The notes under the pieces are model-generated. The model was not told the DNA's origin. It made no database searches and saw only the letters and a program-made list of their open reading frames with translations. Below, one piece after another: positions 8,964-17,791 of a DNA stretch of 25,922 bases (position 1 is its first letter; the number at the start of each line of letters is the position of its first letter). Origin of the DNA: Spirochaetia bacterium (lineage in GTDB: Bacteria; Bacillota; Desulfotomaculia; Desulfotomaculales; JAJYZD01); NCBI GenBank assembly GCA_035530395.1, contig DATKUX010000180.1:1-25922 (forward strand), read 5' to 3'. Position numbers and translations under genes: made by a program.

Positions 8964-9363
8964 GCCTGGTATGCTCCCTCTTCAGGCAATGGTCCATGAC
9001 CACAGGGACGCCGGCGGCTTCAGCCAGGTCCGCCGCCTCGTGGTTGACTACTCCCAGCTGCATCCAGATAGCCCTGGGTTTTAGGATCAGGGCCTCTGCC
9101 ACAATGGCCGGTACCTCCTCCGGCCGGCGGAAGATGTCCACGATGTCCACGGGTTCCGGTATGTCCTTCAGGGAGGGATAGGCCTTTTCCCCCAGCACTT
9201 CGGTCAGTGTGGGGTTGACCGGAACGATACGGTAGCCATGCTCCTTCAGATAGCTGGCCACCTTAAAGCTGTCCCGCTCCGGGTTGGCGGAAACACCCAC
9301 CATGGCCACGGTATGCGACCCGGTGAGCAGTTCGCGCAAAAATTGGTCCTCCATATTCCTCAT
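8953..9363 (-). CDS. CoA-binding domain protein (YccU-like)
   Basis: 136 aa; TVAMVGVSANPERDSFKVASYLKEHGYRIVPVNPTLTEVLGEKAYPSLKDIPEPVDIVDIFRRPEEVP...AIWMQLGVVNHEAADLAEAAGVPVVMDHCLKREH. Confidence 0.88.
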   Translation of the reverse strand: MRNMEDQFLRELLTGSHTVAMVGVSANPERDSFKVASYLKEHGYRIVPVNPTLTEVLGEKAYPSLKDIPEPVDIVDIFRRPEEVPAIVAEALILKPRAIWMQLGVVNHEAADLAEAAGVPVVMDHCLKREHTRLGL

Positions 9364-9570
9364 CCCCCGCTGTTTTTATGCTGATTTCGCGATCTTTACC
9401 GCCCATCCCTGCCGGAGCCGACATTTTTTTGCCCTCTGGGCCGCTCGTCCGGCACCATCCGCCGCTAAATATGTCATAATCTACCTCGTGGATAAGGACA
9501 GGAAAAGGGGAACTATTGCCGAATTTCTCTCTTCAAGAGCCGGCACAAAAAGAGAGGCACACGTAAACAC

Positions 9571-10380
9571 ATGGCTGCAATATCCTGGCAAGAACGCCGG
9601 GTCCGCTACCTGCTGCTGACTCTTTTTCTCCTCGCCGCCGGCCTGGGTCTGGGCGGGCCTGGTTGCGCGCCCCTGCCGGGGCGGACGGAGTCCCTGACCC
9701 AGCTCAAGCCACCCTCCGACACGGATGCCGGTCCGGTCAAGGTGGTTTTCCACCTGCCCGTATCGCAACCGGCCGTCTTCCTGACCATCGACGACGGCTG
9801 GTACCCCGATTCCACCGTTCTCGGCCTCATGCAGACATATCATCTGCCGCTTACCGCCTTTTTAATTGAGAAGGCCATGCAGGATCACCCCGCCTACTGG
9901 CGGCAATTCGTGCAGGCCGGAGGCCACATCGAGGACCACACTTACGACCACCCCTTCCTGACCCGCATAGCCGCCCAAAAGCAGTACCAGGAAATCGCCT
10001 GGCCCCTGGACTATTTCAGCCGCTACGTTCCCCGGCCCGATGAGTTGCGCCCCCCTTACGGGGATTACAACGCCGCCGTGGGGATGGCCGCCCAAAAAGC
10101 CGGCATAAAATACGTCGTGATGTGGGATGCCGAAATAAGCCACGATCACCTGTACACCCTGCATAACCGCCCGCTTCAGCCGGGAGACATCGTCCTCCTG
10201 CACTGGGTGCCGGGCCTGGGACGGGAAATTAGTGACCTTTTGCCCATCCTGCAACGGGAAAAACTGGGCGTGGCCGATCTGACCCAGGCCCTGGCCGGCG
10301 GACCGCTGACCGTAACCTACTTGCCACCGCCACCCGGCCAGTCGACAGCCACCCAGGTCTATAAAAAGAGCGTTAAATAG
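9571..10380 (+). CDS. Polysaccharide deacetylase (NodB-like) family protein, copy 1, membrane/secreted
   Basis: 269 aa; hydrophobic N-terminus LLLTLFLLAAGLGLGG; VFLTIDDGW, EDHTYDHPFLTR, ELRPPYGDYN, DIVLLHW motifs. Confidence 0.87.
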   Translation: MAAISWQERRVRYLLLTLFLLAAGLGLGGPGCAPLPGRTESLTQLKPPSDTDAGPVKVVFHLPVSQPAVFLTIDDGWYPDSTVLGLMQTYHLPLTAFLIEKAMQDHPAYWRQFVQAGGHIEDHTYDHPFLTRIAAQKQYQEIAWPLDYFSRYVPRPDELRPPYGDYNAAVGMAAQKAGIKYVVMWDAEISHDHLYTLHNRPLQPGDIVLLHWVPGLGREISDLLPILQREKLGVADLTQALAGGPLTVTYLPPPPGQSTATQVYKKSVK

Positions 10381-10487
10381 CGGGCGCCTGACCGGGCAGG
10401 AAAAGCGACAGCGACCGCGAATCTATGTAGGATCATCTTACCGGACGCCATAGGCGGCCGGAACCCGGCATGAAGGGATAAGTTCTT

Positions 10488-11459
10488 GTGGCAGAGGAGA
10501 AAAAACCCCGGTCCGGTTTGGCCAGGGTGTTTGGTAACTGGTTCGTCAGATATACGGTGTTGCTCGTAGCCATTCTCTTTTCCGGCTACGCCCTGGCCCA
10601 GGCCTATAACTGGGGTAAACCGCCGGCCGGAGAGCCACCGGACATATCGCCCGCAGTCGTGGGAACGGTTTACCAGTCCACGCCTGCGGTCACAGAGACC
10701 GAGACGGATCCCAACCCCGTCGCGGCCAAACCACCGCAGAGACCGGTGCCCCCCGGACCGGCGGCGCCCGTGGTGTGGAGTGTACCCCTAAACCAACGGG
10801 CGGTGTTCATCACCATCGACGACGGCTGGTTCCCCAGCCAGGGAGTTCTGGCCCTGATGCAGCAATACCACCTGCCCGTCACGGCTTTTCTCATTCAGAA
10901 GGCGGCGGCGGAACATGCGGCCTACTGGCAGGAATTTCTTAAAGCGGGGGGGCAGATCGAGGACCACACCTATTCACACCCGTTCCTCACTCGCATTCCC
11001 GAAAGCCAGGACCTGACCCAGATTGCCGACCCGGTCAACTACTTTAAAACTTTGGGAGCATCCCCGGACGAACTGCGTCCGCCCTACGGCGACTACGACG
11101 CGGTTGTGCAGAAGGTAGCGGCCCAAGCCGGTATCAAGTATGTGGTGATGTGGGACGCGGTCATGACCGGCGGCAAACTCACCACTGCAAACGGCCGGCC
11201 CCTGGCCCCCGGCGACATCATCCTCCTGCACTGGGTCCCCGGTCTGGACGGCAACCTGGTCACCCTGCTCCATATGCTGCAGCAGCAGAATCTGGGCGTG
11301 GCCAGCCTGGGCGACGCTCTGGACGGCCGGCCGGTACGGATAACCTGGCTGCACGAAAAAGGGGCGGTGAAGACTCAGTCCCCACCCGCCGCAACGTCGA
11401 CCTCGGTTTATAGTAACGTGTACACCCGGCCACAGCCGGCACCCAAGCCCAAGCCCTGA
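10488..11459 (+). CDS. Polysaccharide deacetylase (NodB-like) family protein, copy 2, membrane-anchored
   Basis: 323 aa; TM segment YTVLLVAILFSGYALAQAY; VFITIDDGW, EDHTYSHPFLTR, ELRPPYGDYD, DIILLHWVPGL; clearly paralogous to 9571..10380. Confidence 0.87.
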   Translation: MAEEKKPRSGLARVFGNWFVRYTVLLVAILFSGYALAQAYNWGKPPAGEPPDISPAVVGTVYQSTPAVTETETDPNPVAAKPPQRPVPPGPAAPVVWSVPLNQRAVFITIDDGWFPSQGVLALMQQYHLPVTAFLIQKAAAEHAAYWQEFLKAGGQIEDHTYSHPFLTRIPESQDLTQIADPVNYFKTLGASPDELRPPYGDYDAVVQKVAAQAGIKYVVMWDAVMTGGKLTTANGRPLAPGDIILLHWVPGLDGNLVTLLHMLQQQNLGVASLGDALDGRPVRITWLHEKGAVKTQSPPAATSTSVYSNVYTRPQPAPKPKP

Positions 11460-12035
11460 ACGGCCGTAACCGGTACCTTTTAACGCCGTCAGATATTCCC
11501 CGGCCAGGCGGCGGCCGATTGCAGTGAGCATCCATTCTTCCACCGAGGCGTTCAATCTCTGCCAGTACTCTTTCGGATCCAACCGGAAGCGGATGCTGTC
11601 GACCATGAAACCCTCCGCAGTGAAGCGCCACAGTTTATCGGCGTCCTTGACCAGGGCATCGTTTAGGGATACGGCCGTGAGCCCCGAATCATGGTTCCCG
11701 ACGATAGCCAGGATCTCCTGCCACCAGCGCCCTGGATAGCCGCTCGCGCACAGGATTTCCCTGGCCAAACGCACTCCCTCGACTTCATGAACCCTGTTCA
11801 GCCCTTTGTCCGATCCAGGCCCAAAGGCCTTCAACTGGAGATCCTCGGGCACGCACGACCATCCCACGTCATGCAGGATAACGGCAGGGATGACCACTTC
11901 CGCCTGGCCTCCTTCCTCCGCCAGCAGGGCGCGGGCGAAGTCCAGGGCTATCCCGGTATGCAGGCGGTTGGCCCGGGTGGCGAGGTAGGGCAGGGCCAGC
12001 TCCATAATGCGCGGCCAGAGACTTTCCGCAACCAT
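10974..12035 (-). CDS. HD-domain phosphohydrolase-like protein, copy 1 (homologous core about 11460..12035; the ORF runs on antisense into the deacetylase gene)
   Basis: Core MVAESLWPRIMELALPYLATRANRLHTGIALDFARALLAEEGG...VILHDVGW...HEVEGVRLAREIL...HDSG...DALVKDADKLWRF, paralogous to 12053..12628. The tail beyond GTGYGR lies opposite the deacetylase CDS. Confidence 0.72.
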   Translation of the reverse strand: MVAESLWPRIMELALPYLATRANRLHTGIALDFARALLAEEGGQAEVVIPAVILHDVGWSCVPEDLQLKAFGPGSDKGLNRVHEVEGVRLAREILCASGYPGRWWQEILAIVGNHDSGLTAVSLNDALVKDADKLWRFTAEGFMVDSIRFRLDPKEYWQRLNASVEEWMLTAIGRRLAGEYLTALKGTGYGRSGLGLGCRLWPGVHVTINRGRRCGGWGLSLHRPFFVQPGYPYRPAVQSVAQAGHAQILLLQHMEQGDQVAVQTGDPVQEDDVAGGQGPAVCSGEFAAGHDRVPHHHILDTGLGRYLLHNRVVVAVGRTQFVRGCSQSFKVVDRVGNLGQVLAFGNASEERV

Positions 12036-12052
12036 TTTAGCCTACCTTCCTG

Positions 12053-12628
12053 TTACCGGCCGTCACCGGTTTGCTGCAACCGGGCCAGGCACTCGCCGGC
12101 CAGGCGCCGGCCGCTTGGCGTCAGCAGCCACTTTTCCACCCGGGAGTTCAAAGCCCGCCAGTTGCTGGCGGGATCCAACCGGAGGCGGGTGGCGGCAAAG
12201 GCAAAACCATCCTCCGAAAAGCGCCACAGTTTGTCGGCGTCCTTGACCAGGGCATCATTGAGGGACAACGCCGTCCGCCCCGAGTCATGCTGGTCGATGA
12301 TGGCCAGGATGTCCGGCCACCAGGCTTCCGGATAACCGCTTCGGGTCAGGATTTCCCGGGCCAAACGCACGCCCTCCACTTCGTGGATGCGGTTGAGGCC
12401 GCGGTCGGCCTGCGGTCCGAAGGCCTTCAACTGCAGTTCCTCGGGCATGCACGACCAGCCCACGTCATGCAGGGTGACGGCGGGTATGACCACTTCCGGC
12501 CGACCTCCTTCCTCCGCCAGCAGGGTGCGGGCGAAGTCCAGGGCTATCTCGGTATGCCGTTGGTTGCCCCGGGTAGCGAGGTAGGGGAGGGCCAGTTCCA
12601 TAATTCGCGGCCACAGAGTTTCTTCCAT
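12053..12628 (-). CDS. HD-domain phosphohydrolase-like protein, copy 2
   Basis: 191 aa; H...LHDVGW...HEVEGVRLAREIL...HDSG...DALVKDADKLWRFSEDGF. Confidence 0.82.
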   Translation of the reverse strand: MEETLWPRIMELALPYLATRGNQRHTEIALDFARTLLAEEGGRPEVVIPAVTLHDVGWSCMPEELQLKAFGPQADRGLNRIHEVEGVRLAREILTRSGYPEAWWPDILAIIDQHDSGRTALSLNDALVKDADKLWRFSEDGFAFAATRLRLDPASNWRALNSRVEKWLLTPSGRRLAGECLARLQQTGDGR

Positions 12629-12632
12629 CGTC

Positions 12633-13283
12633 TCAGCTCCCAGGCAGGAAATCCTTGAGTTCCAACAGGGAGGACAGCCAATAATCCGGATGGGCGGCCA
12701 GGAGTTCTCCCGTTCCCGTCTCCCCTCCCGCCACTATGGCCACCCTTACCCCGGCGGAGCGGGAGGCCAGGATGTCGGTAATGCTGTCGCCGACGAACAG
12801 CGCTTCGTTTGTACCGGCCTTCAAGCCGGCAAGACATTTCGTTATGCCCTCGCCTTCGGGTTTCATGAGGGTCACATCGTTGCGCGTCAGGAGGAGGGAG
12901 AAATAAGCGCGCAGTCCGAACCGGTCCATGACTTGGGAGACGGCTGCCCGGCCCACGTTGGTCACCAGTCCCGCCGGCACGGCTGTTTCCCGGAGAAACG
13001 TCAGCAATTCACGGGCTCCCGGCCGGGGCGACCAGCGGGTAAGGGCATCGAGATCGTAGCGGTCATAGATGGCCGTCAGACGTTCCCGCCAACCCGGCCG
13101 TATGCCGGGCGACGCCATGGTAACGGCTGTGTTCCACATCCGGGCGTAATTGGCGGCCGGGAAAAGGGAAGCCGGGAAGCCCCACTCCTCCAGGGCTGTT
13201 CTCAGCTCCCTTTCTCCTGCCTGCAAGTTCCACTGAAAGTCGACGAGCGTACCTTCCAGGTCGAATAAGACCGCCTTAATCAT
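12633..13283 (-). CDS. HAD-superfamily hydrolase (phosphoglycolate phosphatase-like)
   Basis: MIKAVLFDLEGTLVDF (motif I), AGLVTNVG (motif II), KPEGEGI (motif III), EALFVGDSITDILASRSAG (motif IV). Confidence 0.85.
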   Translation of the reverse strand: MIKAVLFDLEGTLVDFQWNLQAGERELRTALEEWGFPASLFPAANYARMWNTAVTMASPGIRPGWRERLTAIYDRYDLDALTRWSPRPGARELLTFLRETAVPAGLVTNVGRAAVSQVMDRFGLRAYFSLLLTRNDVTLMKPEGEGITKCLAGLKAGTNEALFVGDSITDILASRSAGVRVAIVAGGETGTGELLAAHPDYWLSSLLELKDFLPGS

Positions 13284-13318
13284 CGGTGCTTCCCTCCGGA
13301 TTGAACCATGGCCCGTAG

Positions 13319-14983
13319 TTAAAGCGACGGGATGCTACTTTCGGCCCGGTCGATCTCTGTTTCCAATTGTTCTCTGAGAACCTTTTTGTTCACCTTGCCG
13401 GAATCACCCACCACCGGCAGGCCGTCGACGACTTCCAGGCGCTCCGGCAGCTTGAAGGAAGCCAGCTTTTTCTCCTGCAGAAACTCCTTTGCTTCGGCAA
13501 GGGTGAAGGTTTGGCCGGGCCTGGGTACGACAAAGGCACAGGCCCGCTCCCCGAGTTCGCGGTCCGGGAAACCGACTACCACCACCAGCTTTATCTTCGG
13601 GTGCTCCTGCAACAGGCCCTCGATCTCCGCCGGGTAAATATTCTGGCCGCCCCGGATGATCATGTCCTTGGTCCGGCCCATGATCCAGAGACATCCCTCA
13701 TCCCATTTCACGGTGTCACCGGTGGTCGTCCAACCTTCGGGGTTGAAAACAGCGGCCGTGCTTTCCGGCTCCCGGTAGTAGCCGGCCGGCGAATGCGGAC
13801 CCCGGAACCAGAGCTGGCCGGGATCGCTTTCCGTAACCTCGTTTCCGTGTTCATCCAGCAGCCGGACGGCATTGCCCGGCAGGGGCCGTCCCACGGTCCT
13901 CCTTCGCAGGTCGGCCGGGTCATCCACCCGGCAGCCGGAGACGGAGCCCACATCCTGGGTGCCGAGGTCACTCGTTATTACGCCGCCCAGGCGCCTTTCC
14001 GCCTCCTGCGCCACATCCGGGGGCAGGTAACCGCCGGCCGAACGGATGAAACGCAACGAGAGGTCGTATTCCTCCACCGGTTGCTCCAGCATGCGGACCA
14101 GATGGGTGGGAACCACCCCGATGCAGGTGGCTTTCTCTTTGGTGATCAGATTGAGCGCTCTTACGGCTGTAAATTCCTCCAGGAGAACGGTCCTGGCCCC
14201 GACCAAAGGGGCCGCGAAGTAGGTGAGCGTGCCGGCGGCCCCGCCGGCGAAAGGGGCGATGGCCGCCGCGGTATCCCCCGGTCCCAGGTTCCAGATATCC
14301 ACCCGGGCCTTGGCCGTGCACAGACGCGGGGCGATGTTCCACTCCACCAGCTTGGGCAGACCGGTCGTGCCGCTGGTGCTGGTCAGAAAGGCCACTTCCC
14401 GGAAGGGATCGAAGCGGCGCTCTTCCAGGATCCGCAGTTTCTCCGCCGCCACCGGATCCCGGGTGAGCTTCATCAGGGAGTAGGTATCCCCGGGGCCTCC
14501 GGACGGCACGTCCTCGCTGAGCAGGAAGGTGTAGCGGAAGTTGGGGGAGAACTTCCTCAGACTCCCGTACATCGCCAGGTAATCGAAATCACGGTAGGTA
14601 TGGGGAATGACGACCGCCGAGACGGCCATCTTCTCCACCATGTAGGATAGTTCTTTCTCCCGCATGTAGGCGTAGACCAACAGGGAGATCAGGCCGGCCC
14701 GTTCGGCGGCCATGCGCGCCAGAAAGGCATACACCTCGTTGGGAGCCTGGATGAGGATGCGGTCGCTCTTCTTTAGACCCATCTCCACCCAGCGGTAGGC
14801 CAGGCGGTCCACCAGATCCCTGGCCTGGGCCCAGGTCAGCCGGTACCGGGAGTCCACCACGGCTTCCTTGTCCGGCATTTCCCGGGCGTTTTGGGCCCAG
14901 AAATCGTAGAACGTTTCGGACGTCCAGTAACCCTTATCCCTGAACTCGTCGATTACTTCGTCTGTGTACCGGATAACTCGCAT
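13319..14983 (-). CDS. AMP-forming acyl/aryl-CoA ligase, candidate 4-hydroxybenzoate-CoA (or related aromatic acid) ligase
   Basis: TSTSGTTGLPKLVEWN, TTGDTVKWDEGCLWIMGRTKDMIIRGGQNIYPAEIEGLLQEHP, GKVNKK. The substrate assignment is from neighbourhood only. Confidence 0.85.
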   Translation of the reverse strand: MRVIRYTDEVIDEFRDKGYWTSETFYDFWAQNAREMPDKEAVVDSRYRLTWAQARDLVDRLAYRWVEMGLKKSDRILIQAPNEVYAFLARMAAERAGLISLLVYAYMREKELSYMVEKMAVSAVVIPHTYRDFDYLAMYGSLRKFSPNFRYTFLLSEDVPSGGPGDTYSLMKLTRDPVAAEKLRILEERRFDPFREVAFLTSTSGTTGLPKLVEWNIAPRLCTAKARVDIWNLGPGDTAAAIAPFAGGAAGTLTYFAAPLVGARTVLLEEFTAVRALNLITKEKATCIGVVPTHLVRMLEQPVEEYDLSLRFIRSAGGYLPPDVAQEAERRLGGVITSDLGTQDVGSVSGCRVDDPADLRRRTVGRPLPGNAVRLLDEHGNEVTESDPGQLWFRGPHSPAGYYREPESTAAVFNPEGWTTTGDTVKWDEGCLWIMGRTKDMIIRGGQNIYPAEIEGLLQEHPKIKLVVVVGFPDRELGERACAFVVPRPGQTFTLAEAKEFLQEKKLASFKLPERLEVVDGLPVVGDSGKVNKKVLREQLETEIDRAESSIPSL

Positions 14984-15004
14984 CTGTCCGCACCACCCCA
15001 ACCC

Positions 15005-16423
15005 TTAATCAAGTCCCAACTCACTCCAGCGGGCCCGCACCTTCTTGACTATTTCCTCATCCAGGAAGATTTCGTCCGGTTTGCGGTCCCACTCGTAAGG
15101 AATGGTCGCGTCCATGATGATCTTGGAACCGATGTCCCGCGCCGTGATGGGCAGGGCGGGATCAAGGGGCGTCGAACGGGCCCGCTTGATGATCTCCGTG
15201 CTCCGGTTCGGGTCGTAGCGCACGGCCAGGGCCCACAACACTTTGTCCAGGTCGTCGGCCGGAATGTCCTCGTCGACGATGATGGTACCCTTCATCCCGT
15301 AGTGGCCCGTCGTGGACCCGTGCACCGCCATGCCGACATGCATGGAATGGCCGGGATACATCGTCTTCACGGAGACGATGCTCCAGAACCGGCCGCCCAT
15401 CTGGGGCGGCAGGTAGACCGACTTGATCCCCGGCACGCCCGCCGCCAGCAGGTCGGTCCAGAGAGTGGCCGTCCTGTTCAGGGACTGGATCATGTGGGTA
15501 TCGGTGATCGGCTTGCCCACCGTGGTCGACCAGAAAACGGGCTTCTCACGCCGCCATACCCGCTGCACGTGCAGGACTTGTTTGGGCCATTCCTCGCCGG
15601 TCTTGCCGGAATAGTAGCCGGTGTACTCGCCGAAGGGCCCCTCTTCCCGCAGGTCGTTGGGGTCGATATAACCATCCAGGATGATTTCGGCATGGGCGGG
15701 CAGGGGCAGGCCGCTCACGTCGCTGGTGAAGACCTCCACGGGCTCTCCCCTTAGGGCACCGATGACGTCGTACTCATCGACCTGCTGCTGGATGAAGGTG
15801 CTGGACACCAGGAAGTGCAAGGGATCGCAGCCGATCACGGCCGCGGCGGGCATCAGCTTCCCCGCCTTCTGGTACTGTTTGAAATGGAAGTCGGCATGCT
15901 TGCCCTTGATGATCTGAACTCCCACATGGTTCCTGTCGTGGACCATCATCCGGTACGTTCCCAGGTTGACCCATCCCGTTTCCAAATCGCGGCTGACCAG
16001 GTAGACCGCCGTGCCGATGAACCGGCCGCCATCCTGGGGATAGAAAAAGGGCACGGGAAAATCCCTCAGGACGTCGACGTCGCCTTCGTCGACCACCTTT
16101 TCGCAGACCGGACCGGAATCCACCCGGACGGGTTTGATCAACCCTTTCCGCGTGGTCTCGACCCAGGTTCTGGCCATTTCGCACATGGAATAGTCCGTGG
16201 GCATGCCCAGAGTGATGGCCAGCCTTTTGTCCGTGGTCATGGAGGACGTCAGCACCGGTATGTCATAGCCCTTGACGTTCTCGAAAAGGAGGGCCGGGCC
16301 TTTTTTTTCCTCGTTGAGCTTGGCGATATGCGCGAGTTCAAGGTTCCAGTCCACTTCGGCGGAGATCCTTTTGAGCTCCCCTTCCTGTTCGCACTTATCG
16401 ATCCATTCCCGCATACTTTTCAT
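15005..16423 (-). CDS. UbiD-family (prenyl-FMN) (de)carboxylase, candidate phenylphosphate carboxylase-type or hydroxybenzoate decarboxylase subunit
   Basis: MKSMREWIDKCEQEGELKRI..., PFGEYTGYYS, EIILDGYIDPNDLREEGPFGEYTG, YDPNRSTEIIKRARSTPLDP; ATG 16423 preceded by AGGGGG. Confidence 0.9.
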   Translation of the reverse strand: MKSMREWIDKCEQEGELKRISAEVDWNLELAHIAKLNEEKKGPALLFENVKGYDIPVLTSSMTTDKRLAITLGMPTDYSMCEMARTWVETTRKGLIKPVRVDSGPVCEKVVDEGDVDVLRDFPVPFFYPQDGGRFIGTAVYLVSRDLETGWVNLGTYRMMVHDRNHVGVQIIKGKHADFHFKQYQKAGKLMPAAAVIGCDPLHFLVSSTFIQQQVDEYDVIGALRGEPVEVFTSDVSGLPLPAHAEIILDGYIDPNDLREEGPFGEYTGYYSGKTGEEWPKQVLHVQRVWRREKPVFWSTTVGKPITDTHMIQSLNRTATLWTDLLAAGVPGIKSVYLPPQMGGRFWSIVSVKTMYPGHSMHVGMAVHGSTTGHYGMKGTIIVDEDIPADDLDKVLWALAVRYDPNRSTEIIKRARSTPLDPALPITARDIGSKIIMDATIPYEWDRKPDEIFLDEEIVKKVRARWSELGLD

Positions 16424-16483
16424 GGTTATCCCCCTTACCATTTTGGTTTCATGACTGACGAGCGAAGATTGTTGCAGTGGGAG

Positions 16484-17557
16484 TCAACTCGTAAACAGTT
16501 TTTTCCCTGTCAGCAGGTTGCCGGCGATGAGATCGAGGGCGCTTGCTTTCGGTTGGGATAAAGGGACGTTCGGCTTCTGCGTCCAAACGGTTTCCGGCCG
16601 GGTCTGCACCAGGATGATGTTTTCCGGAAAAGCCAGGTCGGCATCAATGGCCCATTCCATGTCCTGGGGAATACCCCAATGCTTTTCCACCATCTTGCCC
16701 AGTCTGGCCAGGTGGATTATCTCTCCATCGGAGAGACAGGGCGCGTCCCGCCTCTCGGGGGGCACCTCCAGTGACTTCACGTTGCCACCCTCATCGTAGA
16801 CCAGTTCGATGGTCTTGTTACAGATTATCCGTTTGGAGATCTCCAGGGTGACCTTGTCCAGGACATACTTGTCCGGGGTAACCTGCCCGCTGACCAGGCT
16901 CTCTCCCAGGCCCCAACTGCCCTCGATAAAGATCCTGGACCGGTCGCCGTTTACCGGATCGAGGGTGAACATAACGCCGGAGGACTTTGACTTGACCATC
17001 TTGAGCACGGCCACACCGATGGGGGAACTCTCCACACGCATGCCGCGCTGCAAACGGTAGGCCATGGCCCGCCCGGTGAAGGAACTTGCCCATACCTTGA
17101 CCACATGGTCTATTACCTCCCTTTCACCCTTCACATTGAGGAAGGTATCGAACTGTCCGGGCATGCTGACGGGCCCGCTGGAGCGCACGGCGACGTCGGC
17201 CTCGGCCAGGTTGCATTTCTTGGACAGTTCGCGGTAATAGGTGAGAATGGGTTCCTTTATTCCCTCCGGCATGGGGCTTCCTTCAACCAGGTTCCGGATG
17301 TACCGGCTGGCTTCCTCGAAGAGGTTGATATCCTCTTTCAGGCGCTCCACCATAGGATCAAGGTATTCGATGATCATCCGGCCCAAACCGGTTTCCTCGA
17401 CGAACTGCTCGTACGCGTCCAGGGTGACGGCATAACCGGGAGGAACAGGCATACCGGCCCGGATCATCTCGCCCAGGTTGTAGCACTTTTTGCCGGCTGT
17501 TCTATAGTTGTCATTGGCCAGCTGTTCCAGCCAACATACATACGGCTTACCGCTCAT
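16484..17557 (-). CDS. PEP-synthase/PPDK N-terminal (ATP-grasp) domain protein, PpsB-like (phenylphosphate synthase beta-like)
   Basis: 358 aa from MSGKPYVCW; CYNLGEMIRAGMPVPPGYAVT, VAVRSSG, FTLDPVNGDRSRIFIEGSWGLGESLVSGQVTPDKYVLDK, ILVQTRPETVW; lacks the phosphohistidine domain, which is supplied by 18422..20257. Confidence 0.82.
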   Translation of the reverse strand: MSGKPYVCWLEQLANDNYRTAGKKCYNLGEMIRAGMPVPPGYAVTLDAYEQFVEETGLGRMIIEYLDPMVERLKEDINLFEEASRYIRNLVEGSPMPEGIKEPILTYYRELSKKCNLAEADVAVRSSGPVSMPGQFDTFLNVKGEREVIDHVVKVWASSFTGRAMAYRLQRGMRVESSPIGVAVLKMVKSKSSGVMFTLDPVNGDRSRIFIEGSWGLGESLVSGQVTPDKYVLDKVTLEISKRIICNKTIELVYDEGGNVKSLEVPPERRDAPCLSDGEIIHLARLGKMVEKHWGIPQDMEWAIDADLAFPENIILVQTRPETVWTQKPNVPLSQPKASALDLIAGNLLTGKKLFTS

Positions 17558-17683
17558 CCGAAAAACCCCTCCCCAATCTTTTTCTCCAGAGCGAACCGGG
17601 TACCAACCGAGGCGCCAAACCACTGCCCCCTGGAAGAGTGTTGAATTCTTCCGCAGTCTTGATCACTTTGACGGGCCCCCGAA

Positions 17684-17758
17684 CCGCCTTCGGCGGACCG
17701 GCAAACCCCCTTTGTTTATGGAAGCGATGTAGGGGTTGTAAAACAAAGGGGTGCCGGT
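17684..17758. repeat. Structured non-coding element: small hairpin (CCGCC-TTC-GGCGG) abutting a long imperfect inverted repeat
   Basis: Arms ACCGGCA(17697..17703)/TGCCGGT(17752..17758) and CCCCTTTGTTT(17707..17717)/AAACAAAGGGG(17741..17751), 23-nt loop; adjacent CCGCC 17684..17688 / GGCGG 17692..17696. Confidence 0.7.
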
Positions 17759-17791
17759 ATGTTTCAACTTGAGGAACCGACGGCCTTTTAG

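Noticed and set aside
13367-14650. 427-aa plus-strand ORF opposite the acyl-CoA ligase
   Set aside because: Antisense shadow of a conserved ligase in high-GC DNA; no recognisable domain. Same reasoning for 14891..15754, 15815..16561, 20421..21464, 22832..23416 and 23322..24377.
17697-17758. Possible degenerate CRISPR repeat or IS terminal repeat
   Set aside because: Only a single unit is seen, with no repeat-spacer periodicity, cas genes or transposase; described as a structured element instead.
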